A stretch of 64,000 bases of DNA from Marsupella aquatica (Eukaryota; Plantae; Marchantiophyta). The position numbers and the translations under genes are program-made. The notes beneath the pieces are model-generated. The model made no database searches. It saw only the letters and a program-made list of their open reading frames with translations, and had not been told where the DNA came from. How positions within the stretch are numbered: the stretch's first letter is position 1; each line of letters starts with the position of its first letter. Below are positions 24,416 to 37,500 of this stretch, piece after piece. The stretch spans positions 3,318,211-3,382,210 of the forward strand of contig OZ316897.1 in NCBI GenBank assembly GCA_973895155.1, written 5' to 3'.

Positions 24416-25380
24416 TAGAATGCTAATCAGATAGGACCTCAGATCGCAATACATACTTGACACCCTTTGGTACAACCCTCGATGCGTGCGACAAGAATTG
24501 CTTGCCATGACTATGAAACAGAGGCGGCGTTAAACTACAGAATCAGGGGGGGCACACCCTTCAAGTTCAAAATATCAAGAATTTACTTTCAACATTATTT
24601 ATGTGCGTATTTGGGGCTCAGTCTAGTAGACGTTGGTGAGATCAAAATGCTTTAACTTCAGCTCGAAAATACGGACATTGATGAGCATCAGACCTCAGCG
24701 ACCACACGTTTTCTGTCGTGGACGACTATTTTCGCCGCGGCTTACAGTCCTCTCTTGGGATTTGTATCTCCTTGACGTCGATGAGAAGAGTGCAAGTCTA
24801 GCTTTCCTCCTCCAACTTCAGCCCTTTTGTCGTCAATTTTCTGTCCAACCTACTGAATACCTCAAATCAAAAAGCCTGATAAGCACACGACTAGTAGTTC
24901 GTTTACAACAAAACCAAAAAAGAAATTGCGCCAAACGTTCATGATATAATCTGAGTTGTGGTCGTTAGCCTACTCTTGTTAAAAAGGAAAGCGTTACAGA
25001 CAGGGTGATGATTCAGCTGTCTTTCAGCACGTTCATTGGCGATGAACAAGCCACAAGGAAACAACTACTGAGAAAATCTCATATCTAATCACGTACGCAA
25101 GAGAGGGCAGCCAACCTTGTGGAAAACGAGTATTAAAGTTAAGCCCGATTGCATGGCTGCCATCTACTGTCACATCCTGAAAGACGAACAAAAGGCCAGC
25201 TATCGAACGACTTCGTAACATTCGGCCATTATCTCGAAAGGCTTCTCCACATTTAGGTCCAAAGCTTCCTTGCTGTTGAAGGCCAAGAGCCTCTGCAGCC
25301 TGGATGAAAATTTCGCAATCTCTGGGTGAGAGAAACCCTTGCGCCTGTAGCGTTCCCATTCTCCATGTCAACTCTAGACG
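24416..25380 (-). pseudogene. decayed 2OG-Fe(II) oxygenase (prolyl-4-hydroxylase-like, resembles Arabidopsis At5g51880)
   Basis: Remnant exons: FLSPRDCEIFIQAAEALGLQQQGSFGPKCGEAFRDN..AIGLNFNTRF (~25125-25350); frameshifted RYSVG..ID..CTLLI..RVVAE (~24690-24860); LFHSHGKQFLSHASRVVPKGVKYVLRSEV (~24420-24530). Deletions and frameshifts are present and the HxD motif is degraded. Confidence 0.75.
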
Positions 25381-26515
25381 ACACAATGGGAAAAGCGAAA
25401 GTCTATTTGTGAAAGATTTTAATGAACTGCCTTGTATATACCCCAAGATCCCTCCAAGAGAAGATAAAATTCGTTAAACTTATCTCTATAAGATGGACGT
25501 GGGAAGATTTTGCTTGAATACAAATAGACACATGATTTTGAGCGAAGACAGTGGGGCTCAGGTTCCTTTATCCATTGAAATACTCATCCGGAAGATTGAG
25601 AGCGGAAATTTCGACGCACAAAGACGGAGTATGAACTAAGAAACAGACTACAATTATACAACATTACCAAAAATGCGCATGGTTTGTACAAAGAGCAGAA
25701 GGACAAGTGGGCAAGCATGTGAATTTCAAAGGCTAACGAGAAAACATCACTTGGTTCTCTCATCAAAGAATGACCGCTAATGCAGTCTTTTTTTTATTTC
25801 TAACTTGTCAAGGAGAAGACGTGATTCCAAAAGGAAGCGACTGTGTTTATAGTGCGGCGTCCATTAGAGGCCCCTGTCGTAGACTTTGGGCCCAAAAATA
25901 AACTTAAATGACAGAGAACGAATAATTCAAATACGAACAGGGGCAACATGACACCAAGGGACCGATTTCTTACACGTCTCGTCAATAGAAAACGTATCGA
26001 CGAAGGGAAACAGGGAAGGAATGGGGTCAATTGGGTTGACTGCATCAAATGCAACTGAATTCAGTATATTACACTTCGAAGGGAATTGTTTTGTTCCTCA
26101 AGAATCCTACACGGGTCCAAATGAAGGCAATAAACTTCAACCTACGCCTCAGGTCTGGCCTCCTTGAGGCAGACTTTCAATTACATGATCTCTTCACTTC
26201 TCAGCTAAAACCCAAGACAGCCACACATCAAGTTTTTTTCAAAGGTAATTGAAACCTCGCTCTAGCTGTGCGTACATATATACAGAGAATGGGGTAGCAT
26301 TCCGTCTCCTAAACGTTGGTCTGCAATCTAGCTGGCTGGTTAGCTGGTTACAAAATTCTAGCTAGGGACCTTTGTATAGTTGCTTATACTTACATAAAGA
26401 AAATGGAATTCTGATTACACTGAAGAGGTCCAAGCACGGAGCTCTCGCCTGAAATGCAAGGGTACAAACGACTTCTTCGACGCTGGCCAGTGGATCGGAT
26501 CGGTGAAGAGTGTTT

Positions 26516-28390
26516 TCAAGTGTCATATACCAAAGGGGAATATTCTGGACACCACATATGCTTGTAGACAAAGTCTAAAAGGCCATCTGCTTCGGCAAGC
26601 TCTTTGAGCTCTCGAGCATCCAGGTCCCTGTATCCCTCGGCCACCTCCTCTTTAAGAGCTTCTTCGATCACAGCTGCAGCAACTCGAGCTGTGATGTCCC
26701 TAATTTTCGGAATAGGGGGATAAATAATACCTTTCTTCACACTCTCTTCGTCCATGACTGAAGCAAGAGACTCAGCAGCAGCGTGGAGCATGCCGTCTGT
26801 AATATACTGAGCACCACTTAAATGCGTTCCAAGTCCAATCCCTGGAAAAAGATACATGTTGTTCCCCTGGTTCACGTAGCCTATCTTGCCATCGCCAAGA
26901 TCCACATCCTGGAACGGGCTCCCACTAGCAAATACAATGTTTGGTCCTGCATGCTTAAATGCTTGCTCTGCTGTACATTCGGCTTTCGAAGTTGGGTTGG
27001 ACATCGGCATTATTGCTGGTCTTACACAGTCCGATCGTTTCATGGCTTCCAGAACCTCGGTGCTGAACAATCCCCCCACTGCTGAGAGCCCCATGAGAAT
27101 ATCCGGCTTAACCACCTTCACTACATCAAGCAAGCTCGCACCCTCAGTAAGGCCTCCCTTTTCGGCTTCACCGAGATGACGAGAATATGGCTTTACGTCT
27201 GGATCAATATCCGTTCGCGCATCAGTTACCAAACCAAGTTTGTCCACCAGCCAGAAGTTGTCTGCGGATTGGACTTGTGGAGCCTGACTGCCAACAACCC
27301 TCGCTATTGCCTCTTTGAGAAAGGCCAGAACCCCGAGCCCAGCACTGCCTGCACCTACAATCACAATCTTTTGTTTACATATATCAGAGATAGGACGACC
27401 TTGAGCCCTCACTGCACCGAGAACTCCTGCCAGAGCCACCCCTGCTGTCCCCTGGATGTCATCGTTAAACATACGATAATGGTGACGATATCTCTGAAGC
27501 AGCTTGAAAGCCCACTTGCTCTGGAAATCCTCAAATTGTACGATGACATTCGGGTACCGAGAGAAAACAGCCCCCATAAACTCATCAACCACAGCCATGT
27601 ACTTCTCTCCCTCGATCCTTGGGGTGTGCAGCCCCATGTAGAGAGGATTCGCCAAAAGCTGCTGATTGTTCGTGCCCACATCAAGCATGATTGGTAAAAC
27701 TCTCTGAGGATTCATACCTGCCGCAGCCACATACAGATCAAGCTTCCCAATGGCAATCCCAATGCCCTGAACACCGAGATCACCCAGACCTAAAATTCTG
27801 CTTCCGTCTGTCACCACAATCATGTCCACCTGCTCAGCTGGCCAGTTGTAAATCATGGAGATCATCTCGCCCTTATCCGCAGCACTGAAGTACATTCCCC
27901 TGGGGCGTCGAAACAAGCCACTGTAGTTCTGACAAACCAGTCCAACAGTAGGGGTGTAAACAATTGGCGCAAAAGCCTGAATGTTGTCAATAAGAATCTT
28001 GTAGAAAAGAGTCTCGTTCCTGTCATGCAGCCTGTTGAGAATGCGCCACTTCGCCAGAGCTGCCACCTCTGTCGCCCCATCCCTCGTGTTCCTCTCCAAA
28101 GAACGGAAATTCGCCATGAAACGGTCAATCTGCATCTCTATGCTCATGACACGAGGAGGGAGCAATCCTCGTAGCCCCAACCTCTCTCTCTCGGTCAGGG
28201 GAAACGCAGTGCCCTTGTTGTACCAGGGATCATGCAGGATGTCCGAGCTGCGCTTCCTCACTATGCTCGGCCTCGTGATCGGCCTCCGAAACTCTCTCCT
28301 CCCTCCATCCCTCATGTAAAAGCAACAAACCTGCTCCAATCCTCTGAAGAGCGATTGCCTGCTGCTGCGAGCCTGAGAAGCGACCGCCAT
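26516..28390 (-). CDS. NAD-ME: NAD-dependent malic enzyme, mitochondrial, single exon (624 aa)
   Basis: Uninterrupted ORF with an Arg/Ser-rich presequence-like N-terminus. Motifs VYTPTVG, VTDGSRILGLGDLG, QFEDF, FNDDIQGTAGVALAG, GAGSAG, MSNPT, ASGSPF and NQGNNMYLFPG. Confidence 0.95.
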   Translation of the reverse strand: MAVASQARSSRQSLFRGLEQVCCFYMRDGGRREFRRPITRPSIVRKRSSDILHDPWYNKGTAFPLTERERLGLRGLLPPRVMSIEMQIDRFMANFRSLERNTRDGATEVAALAKWRILNRLHDRNETLFYKILIDNIQAFAPIVYTPTVGLVCQNYSGLFRRPRGMYFSAADKGEMISMIYNWPAEQVDMIVVTDGSRILGLGDLGVQGIGIAIGKLDLYVAAAGMNPQRVLPIMLDVGTNNQQLLANPLYMGLHTPRIEGEKYMAVVDEFMGAVFSRYPNVIVQFEDFQSKWAFKLLQRYRHHYRMFNDDIQGTAGVALAGVLGAVRAQGRPISDICKQKIVIVGAGSAGLGVLAFLKEAIARVVGSQAPQVQSADNFWLVDKLGLVTDARTDIDPDVKPYSRHLGEAEKGGLTEGASLLDVVKVVKPDILMGLSAVGGLFSTEVLEAMKRSDCVRPAIMPMSNPTSKAECTAEQAFKHAGPNIVFASGSPFQDVDLGDGKIGYVNQGNNMYLFPGIGLGTHLSGAQYITDGMLHAAAESLASVMDEESVKKGIIYPPIPKIRDITARVAAAVIEEALKEEVAEGYRDLDARELKELAEADGLLDFVYKHMWCPEYSPLVYDT

Positions 28391-29063
28391 CTTGTACCTC
28401 GAGCAATTGATCTACAAGTGAAGAATGCTCCCTCCTCGGTCAACCACGCAACGCCCTACTACTGTAGCCCTGTTTCATCCCAACGTGAGATCCTCTGGAC
28501 GGACACGAAACGAATGCATCTCCTCAAGTGGGTAGAGGATTTCGCCTTCAGCACAGTTGGTCGTGAGCAGAATGCCGATCAGCAGAAAGGAGTACTCGGG
28601 ATCTTCTCCTATACGCAAATGCTCTCTCTCTCCGATCATATCAATCACACACGACCCACGAGCCCTGTTTCTTCAGCACACTGACATGAATCGAAGGTAT
28701 CTATCTCTCCCCAAGTTGATGAGCGATTTCGCGTTCAGCACACACCACCGTTGGTCACGAGGCGGGGGATGAATAATGCAGCCCGGTGGATCGGAAGGGC
28801 CCCGATTGTCGCTGAATGGAAATGTTCTGAGACTGTCGACGGATTTGGAAGGCCCACTTCTGATGGGGAAGCTGAATCCCTGCCGCCATTCAATCGATCC
28901 TCTCTTCTGCCGACTCGACTCTCGCAGCATGCAGCTGAATCGGATAGTGGACTCGTACCTTTGCGTCAGTTGTCACACTGGTCCTCTGCTTCTACTGTGG
29001 TTTCCCGTTCGCTCGCAACCTTCGCGGTTGTCGACTGCACAGTGACAGTAATACCATATGTGA

Positions 29064-30490
29064 CTAGCTCAATACCCGTAGTAATACCATATTTGACTAG
29101 CTCAATACCCATGCGTTGCACAAAAGATGTCGTGTCGATCAAGATTTGGTTGAGAAAAAATATGTTGTGTCGGCCAAGATGTTGCTGAGAAAAAAGATGT
29201 CGTGTCTGTCAGGAAGTCGTTGAGAAAAGGATGTCATGTCGGCCAAGATGTCCTTGAGGAAAAAGATATTGTGTCGGCCAATATGTCGTTGAAAAAAAGA
29301 TATCGTGTTGCCCAAGACATCATTGAGAAAAAAAATATTGTGTCGCCCAAGGTGTTCTTAAGAAAAATTGTCGTGTTGCCCAAGATGTTGTGAAGAAAAC
29401 CCGTGCGTTGCACAAAAGATGTCGTTAAAAAAAATCGAGTTGCCAAAGATGTCGTGCAGTAAAAAGATTTTGTGTCGCCAAAGATGATGCAAAGTAAAAA
29501 GATGACGTTAAAAAAAAACCCATGGAATAAAAAGATGTTGTTCAGAAAAAAACGAGTCGTGTCTGCAAAGATGTCATGGAGTAAAAACATATTGTCAAGT
29601 AAAAAGATGTCATTATGTGAAAGATATTGCCAAGTAAAAAGATGTCGGGATGCCAAAGATGTTGTTATGTCAAAGATATCATCAAGTAAAAAGAAATAGT
29701 GTTGCCAAAGTTGTTGTGAAGTAAAACATATGTCATCAAGTAAAAGATGTCGTCAAGTAAAAAAATGTCGTGACTCCAAAGCTGTCATCAAGTAAAAAAA
29801 TGTCATCAATCATAGATGTTGTGAAGTAAAACATGTCGTTGCATGACATATTGTTAAGGAAAAGATGTGCAAAAAATGTCAATAAATTTCTTGCTCAAAA
29901 GATGTCATTAAGTAAAAAAATATCACTGCCTAAAATATGTCTAAGTAATAAAAGATATAATTACCCAAAAATTGTTATCTAGTAAAAGATGTCATGGGGT
30001 AAAAAATGAGTGACAACAACCACAAAGTATCATCAGCTAAAAATTATTTTTGTCTTTGTATTTTTCATTTTTTTATTCCACACACCCCCCCCCCCCCCCC
30101 CCTCTTTTACCGCTTTTGTACTATTTTTTGGTTTTGATATTTTTTATTACAGTATGTAATATTTGTAATCAATCTTATAACATAGATTATCATGGGGTAT
30201 AGAACTAAGTATAATTAGATGGTACATAAAGTACTATACATAGATGGTCCATAGGATACTCATTATTGTGTATTGTCATTCCTGGCATTCCCCTCTATTT
30301 ATTGCTTGGAAAACATGTCACTCTTTACTTCACACCAAAGATAATATAATTTTAGTTTATTCCTTCTCTTGGTCAGCTTCTTTAATTTTTGTGCCCTTCA
30401 AATTCAAATGACGACCACTCTATAAAAAGGCGCAAGTGTTTATTATAGAAGTTAATGTGTACTATAGTAGGGCATCTCAAATATTGGACA
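29064..30490 (-). mobile_element. non-autonomous Helitron-like unit 1 containing a GATGTCG/CCAAGA minisatellite
   Basis: On the - strand the left end reads TGTGCAACGCATGGGTATTGAGCTAG|T, like a plant Helitron 3' end. A 33-bp duplication of this end lies at 29048-29110. Body is a ~35-40-bp degenerate minisatellite (29120-30000). 5' TC end not identified. Confidence 0.5.
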
Positions 30491-31571
30491 CTAATACCAT
30501 ATGTGACTAGTTGAATATCCGTGGGTTGCACAAAAGAAGTCAAGTCCGCCAAGATGTCGATAAAAAAAAAGATGTTGTGTCGCCCAAGAGGTTGTTGAGA
30601 GAAAATATGTCATGTCGGCCAAGATGTCATGGAGAGAAAAGATGTCGTGTCGGCCAAGAGGTCGTTGAGAAAAAAAGATGTCTTGTTGGCCAAGAGGTCG
30701 TTGAGAAAAAATGTGTCGTGTCGGCCAAGAAGTCGTTGAAAAAAAAGATGTCATATCGCCCAAGATGTCGTCAAGAAAAAAATTGTCATGCAGGCCAAGA
30801 CGTCATTGAGAAAAAGATGTCGTGTCGGCAAAGACGTCATTGAGAGAAAAGATGTCGTGTCAGCCAAGACATTGTTGAGGGAAAATACTTGTGTGTTGCA
30901 CAAAAGATGTCGTGTTGCACAAGATGTTGTTATGTGAAAGATGTCATGAAATAAAAAGAAGTCATTTTGCCAAAGATGTCATTATGTGAAAGATGTTGAT
31001 AAGAAAAAGGTGTCATTTTGCCAAAGATATCGTGAAGTAAAGATGTTATAAGAAAAAAGGTGTTGTTTCACCCAAGTTGTCATTATGGGAATGATGTTAT
31101 GAAGTAAAAAGTCAAGGAGAGAAGGAGCGAGTCTTTTTCTTTGTTTTGTTTTTTACCCAAAATGCCCTTGCATTTTATTTACTAAATGATATTGTTTGTC
31201 GAAAGATGTCAATGTACGTGTAACAGATGAGGTTGTGCTAAAGATGTAGTTCAGAAAAATTGCCATGTTGCTAAAGATAGCTTGAGTAAAAGATTTTGTT
31301 TGTTAGAAAGATCTCATTGCATAAAAGATGATGAGGTGACATCAACCACCAAATATAACACAGTGACAATGATTTTTCTCTTTGCTTTTGTCATTTTTTT
31401 CCTTTCAAACCTCAACAAACCACCCCAAACCAACCCCCCACACCCCACCCCCTTTGGTTCACTCAGTTTTATTACTTTTTGGTCTCTTTTTCTCTCGTTG
31501 ATTAGATTATGCCCTACTTGATTGACTATGTGATATTTGCAATTAAACTACTATCATTATGTAGCCCTGGA

Positions 31572-34500
31572 TGTAAGAAACCGTCGGCTCCTGACTAGAC
31601 AGCAATGCGGAAACATGAGAGACACTCAATTAGACGCTACACCGACGAGACACCCCGAGTGGAGAAACTCCTGAAGGCTCCATAGCAAATGAGAGTACAT
31701 GTGAAGAATGAGGGAGAGAGTTCTCTCCCTCCAGCCTATACCCCCCAAGGGGGCCAAGATGAGTGGGCCTAAACTAAACGGATCTTATCCTAATGTAATC
31801 CAGGGTTAACTAACCCTAGTAAGGCCAAACTAACTAAGTTAGGAACTCGAGTCAATTCCTAACAATCTCCACCTTGACTCCAGTTCACACAATGAGTCAG
31901 GTGATATACAATACGTAACTAAGTAACATATCTACATAGTTTCCAGTTTGGCCCTAACATTAATAATATCCACACAATGACTAAAGCTATTGGTAGGTAA
32001 AACTTTGGTAAGCATGTCTGCCGCATTCTCCTCTGAAGCCACCTTCTCCAGAAACATTTGCTTCGTCTCAATCACCTCACGGATGAAGTGATAACGAATA
32101 TCAATGTGTTTTGTCCTGGCATGGAACACAGGGTTCTTAGCCAGATGCAAAGCACTTTGACTGTCGCACAGCAACACCGGTCTTTCAGGTGAAAGACCTA
32201 GATCACTCACCAATCTCCGTAGCCAGATCAGCTCCTTGGTTGCCTCACATGCAGCCATGTACTCAGTCTCAGTAGTAGACAACGCAACACAAGATTGAGT
32301 TGCCGACTTCCAACTAATACAACCTCCACCCAGCATAAACACATAGCCTGTAGTAGATTTCCTGTTATTCAAGTTACCAGCATAATCTGAATCTACAAAA
32401 CCTTCCAACTCTAATGTAGGGTCTGCTTTACCGTCAAATAAGATCCCACAATCTAAGGTACCTTTCAGATACCGCAAAACCCACTTCACTGCTTCCCAGT
32501 GAAGCTTACCAGGATTTGCCATAAATCTGCTCAAAATGCTAACAGCGTGGGCAATGTCAGGTCTAGTGCATGTCATTGCATACATCAAACTACCCACAAC
32601 ACTATCATAGGGAACATGTTTCATCGCCAGTCTATCACTCTCACTAGAAGGGCAATCATTCTTTGAGAGTTTAAAGTGGGAGGCCAATGGAGTACCAACT
32701 AGTTTTGCATTCTCCATTCCATACTTGGCAAGTACCTTCTCCAAATACTGCCTCTGAGACAACCATAATTGCCTTTGCTCCCTGTCACGATGAATCTCCA
32801 TCCCTAGTATCTTCTTGGCCTGACCCAAGTCCTTCATTGAAAACTCCTTACTCAGCATTGCTTTCAGATGGGCAACATCAGACTTATTCTCAGCCAGGAT
32901 CAGCATGTCATCCACGTACAATGCCAGCACAATGTAACCAAAGCATGAGTAATTCTCCACCTCCTTCATGTAAATACAACAATCATGTTCACTTCGTGTG
33001 AACCCCTGAGATAACATGAAGGAATCAAAACGCTTATTCCACTGTCTGGGACTCTGCTTCAATCCGTATAACGAGCGCAAGAGCTTACACACCAAGTGTC
33101 TGGTCTTCTCATCAATAAAGCCTGGAGGCTGAGTCATATAAATCTCCACATCAAGCAATCCATGCAGGAAAGCAATAATTACATCCATCTGATCTAACTC
33201 AAGATCATAGAATGCCACAATCGCAAGTAAAACACGGATAGTAGCGAGTTTGACAACTGGTGAGAAAATCTCCGTGTAGTCCAAGCCCTCCTTCTGGGTG
33301 TACCCTTTGGCCACAAGGCGTGCCTTGTAAGTGCCATCCTGCTTCTTCTTGTACAACCATCTACACGGAACCAGTGTTTTCCCGCGAGGCATGTCAGTCA
33401 AGCGCCAAGTTGAATTCTTCTTCAAAGAATTCATCTCCTTCAACATCGCCTCCATCCACTTAGCCTTCTCTAGAGAGGCCATAGCTTCTTCATAGCTAGA
33501 GGGGTCTCCATCTTCAGTAAGCAAAACAACACCGGGATCATCGTCATGTGCAACAACGTGAACACGAGGATCTACAAAACCAAATCTATCAGGGGGTTGG
33601 CCAAAATTGGCCCTGGTGGAGCGCCTTGGTTGAGGAATTGCTCCTCTACCAGAGGGACCAGCAGCTTCCTCATCACCACCAAGCTCCACCATAGTGGGTT
33701 CCTCCACCTGTTCCTCCTGAATATCCCGGGGTCTTGACAACCATTCTTTGTCAAAAACAACATTTATGCTCACAACTGCCTTGCAATCGACAGGATCCCA
33801 CAATTTATAGCCCTTCTGCCCAGGACTAAAGCCTAGAAAAATACATTTCTTAGACTTGGGATCTAACTTAGACCTGTGTGTCTGCTCAATGTGAACATAG
33901 GCAACACAACCAAAAACTCGGAGTCTAGAGTAATCAGCAGGTCTCTTATACCACAACTCAAATGGAGTCTGCATCAACTTACTACTATGCGGTGACAGAT
34001 TGTAGACGTATGCAGCTTGGTTGACAGTTTCAGCCCAAAAGTTGTTAGGCAACTTGGACTTACATAGCATGCTGCGTGCTTTTTCCAGTAATGTCCGATT
34101 CAACCGTTCTACAACTCCATTCTGCTGCGGGGTCTTCGGTACAGTGTAATGACGCTTGAGGCCAAGGTCCCGACCAAATTGATCAAACTCATTGGACTTA
34201 TACTCGCCACCGTTATCGGACCGAACACACTTCAACTCCTTCCCAGTTTGTAGCTCTACCATGGCTTTCCACTCCTTGAAAATCTCAAAGACTTGAGACT
34301 TCTCCTTCATGTAGTACAACCAACACAGTCGAGAGTAATCATCTACAAACGTCACAAAATATCTGGCTCCACCCAACGATGGCTCCGGCGCTGGACCCCA
34401 AACATTCGAATGTACATACTCAAGAATCTCATGAGAATGGTATGAACTAGAACTGAAACTCACTCTCCTCTGCTTGCCGAAGATGCAATCTTCACAGAAA

Positions 34501-37500
34501 GATAGTTTACCAGATTGAGCGCCTTGCAGCAAATCTCTGTTTGCCAAGGCTGCCAATCCTTTACCACTCAAGTGCCCCAACCGTGCATGCCACAAATCTA
34601 TGGCTTGTGTGCGACCAAATGTTGAGGGTGCTTCAATTGAAGCAGCCGTAGATGACTCTATAGCAGATGTTGCCGCTGCATCCGAACGTTCCACCACAGA
34701 ATCCACATGCTCCACTCTAGGAGCAATGACATCTCCTTCCAAGATGTACAAATTATTCTGCCGTAGCGCCTTAATCAAAGATATATCATCTTTGACGACA
34801 AAGAGCACACCATCACGTGCAGTGAAATGAGATCCACCAACTTCCAAAGCACCAAGAGAAATCAAATTCTTAGAGATGTCTGGTATGTGTCTGACTTGCG
34901 TCAGTGCTCGCACAACACCATCAAACATCCGGAATTTGATAGTCCCCATGCCAACAATTGCACATCGGACTCCATTTTCGATTTCCACAGTACCGGTACA
35001 AGGTTGGTAAGTGGAGAAATATGATTGCATTGGACACACGTGATAAGAGGAACCCAAATCCAACATCCATTTATTGTCATACACAGAATTCACAGCACCA
35101 ATACATAGCACTTCAGCAACATCCTCATTATCAGCAATCACAATACCAGCTGACGATGAGGACGCACCATTGGAAGTAGGACGCTTCTGCTTTGATAGAG
35201 AAGGACAATTCCACTTGGTGTGGCCCTTCTCATGGCAATGCCAACACTGAACTTTCTTACTACGGGACTTAGATTTAGATCTACTATGTGATTTAGATCT
35301 AGACTGATCCGTAGTACGCTCCGTCGATCTGCCTCTAACCACTAAGGCAGCAGACTCATTGTCACGGCCAGAAAGTTGTCGATTGCCCCATTCTGCAAGA
35401 ACGGTAGCCTTCACCTCATCCAATTTCAACATAGACTTGTCATGTGTGATGACCGTCACCAATGTTGAATAGGTCTAAGGAAGCGACATCAACAAATGCA
35501 TCGCAAGTTACTCATCGGTCAACTTGTCTCCCACCGTGGTCACCTCATGCACAATCTCATCGAAGAGACTGAGGTGATCACGCATGTTGCCACCATCCTT
35601 CAACTTCAACCTGAACAGCCGCTCCAAGTGATAAATGCGAGTAGTCAATGAAGTACTCTGGTATAGCTGAGTAAGCATATCCCAGATCTTCTTGGCATTC
35701 CAATCCATCCTCAACATGTTCTTGAGAATGTTGTTTGCCAAGAACAACTCAATTGTGCTACACGCCTGCACCGACATGTCCTCCCACTCCTCATCTGTTA
35801 GATTCGAGGGTTTCACTCCAGTGAGGGTCTTCTCAAGACCTTGCTGGATCAACACATTGGTCACCTTTCGAGTCCAGAGGCTGAAGCTGACCTTCCCGTC
35901 AAACTTCTCCACCTCAAACTTTGGCGCTGCAAGCTTTCTTGAAGTCATTGATGCTGCTACAAACACACAGGAAACACACAACCAAAATACCTCCACCCAA
36001 AAATTCACCAAAAAATGAAAGTTCACGAAAGTGGAAATGGAATGCACCGCCGCGTAGCCTGCAAGGTACACTGCCAAGATCTGAAAACAATTTGATGAAA
36101 AACTTCTTCAGCAAAAACTTATTCAACCCGGACCGGAGGTGGGTCAAAATGGCCGTTTTGACCCCCGACGGGTATCTTAGGTCCCGAAAAAATTTCGCAA
36201 TAGTTAACTGTAAATTGATTTCACAGGCCCGTGCTCAACTCCCTTGAGCATCCCCTTGCAAAGTCTTACGGAAAAATTCTTCCTCGACGACTGCTGAAAT
36301 TGGAATTTTTGGCCAAAAATCAGCTCTCTGGAAAAGTATCTTTTGGAGGGAATCAAAGTACAGTTGAATTTTACAGTAGAAGGCACCCAGTAATGACACA
36401 TGTCCGGCTCAAAAGAAACCCCAATGCGTGAAAAGAAAAACAGATGTTTCCTGTGTAAAAGTCATCGGAGGTACTCGCCCCACAGACTTCCACAAAAAAA
36501 TTCTCGTTCACACATTTGTTCCCCTCGCGCCACCTGTCCCCAAGAGCATAGGGCCTCACGCCCCCTAAGCTCCTCCTTAAAGTGCTTCCGAGCCCTCCTG
36601 GCTCATCATAGGGCTTAGAGCCCCTTTTAAAATCTCCCAAAAAAAGAGGGAATTAAATTCTCCTCCCATCCACTCCTTAAGTACTTAGGGCCTTGTGCCC
36701 ACGTTAAATGCTCCCAAGAGAAGGGAGTGCCTCGCTGCCCCTCTCCTCCTCTTCAAAGCTCTTTGGGCCTTGTGCCCCCATCTTTACGTACCTGCACAGA
36801 GCCTTGTGCCCTATTAAAGAGTTCCTGAGAGGATGGAGCTATGAACTCCCCCTCCCCTCTTACTTTAAGACTGTACCTGCAGGTACAATCGTACCTGCAC
36901 AAGCCGCCTCGGGCTACGCCTCCTTAGGGCCTCGTGCCAAGAGCTCCCGTGGGAAGGGAGCCATGTACGCGCCAGGGAATACCGTCCGACACGCCGTATA
37001 AGGTTGCGTGCGGCGACCACAATGAGTATACAAAAGAGTAGAAAATTGCAACAACTGCCCCACAAGACACGACCTTTTTACGAAGAAAAAAGCACCCCCG
37101 ACGACCCCACAAGTGATTCATCTAACCACTAAGAGCCATAGTCGAGAGTTCCAAGCACTTAAACGAGCAATACATAAGATAAGATTGTTCCACACTCGTC
37201 GGATGAAACGTTGTGAAACTTCCACCGTGACGTAGTGCCCGTCGATGCGCACAATAAATTGCCGGATTGTCCTCCCAACAGTTTTCTTAGACCCACTGTG
37301 ACCCCGACTGTGACACATCCGATACTTCACGATGAAGCTTCAATCGGAAAACCGTCACCGCTTTCAAACACGAAACTATTAACGCAAACCGACCAGTGAA
37401 ATGATCACGCAACCGTCGACGATGATTCAATCTTCCACCTCGATCCAACACAACGAAACGCTCTCACCACTGCCCAGGCCACCGAACCACGAACGCGAGG

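Noticed and set aside
26822-28684. Antisense and alternate-frame ORFs over NAD-ME (also over Copia pol and STT3B)
   Set aside because: Shadow ORFs of real coding sequence.
29110-31280. Repeat array superficially like a CRISPR; Lys/Arg-rich ORFs at 29234-30843
   Set aside because: Degenerate minisatellite with no unique spacers and no cas genes in a eukaryotic context; the ORFs are translations of the repeat.
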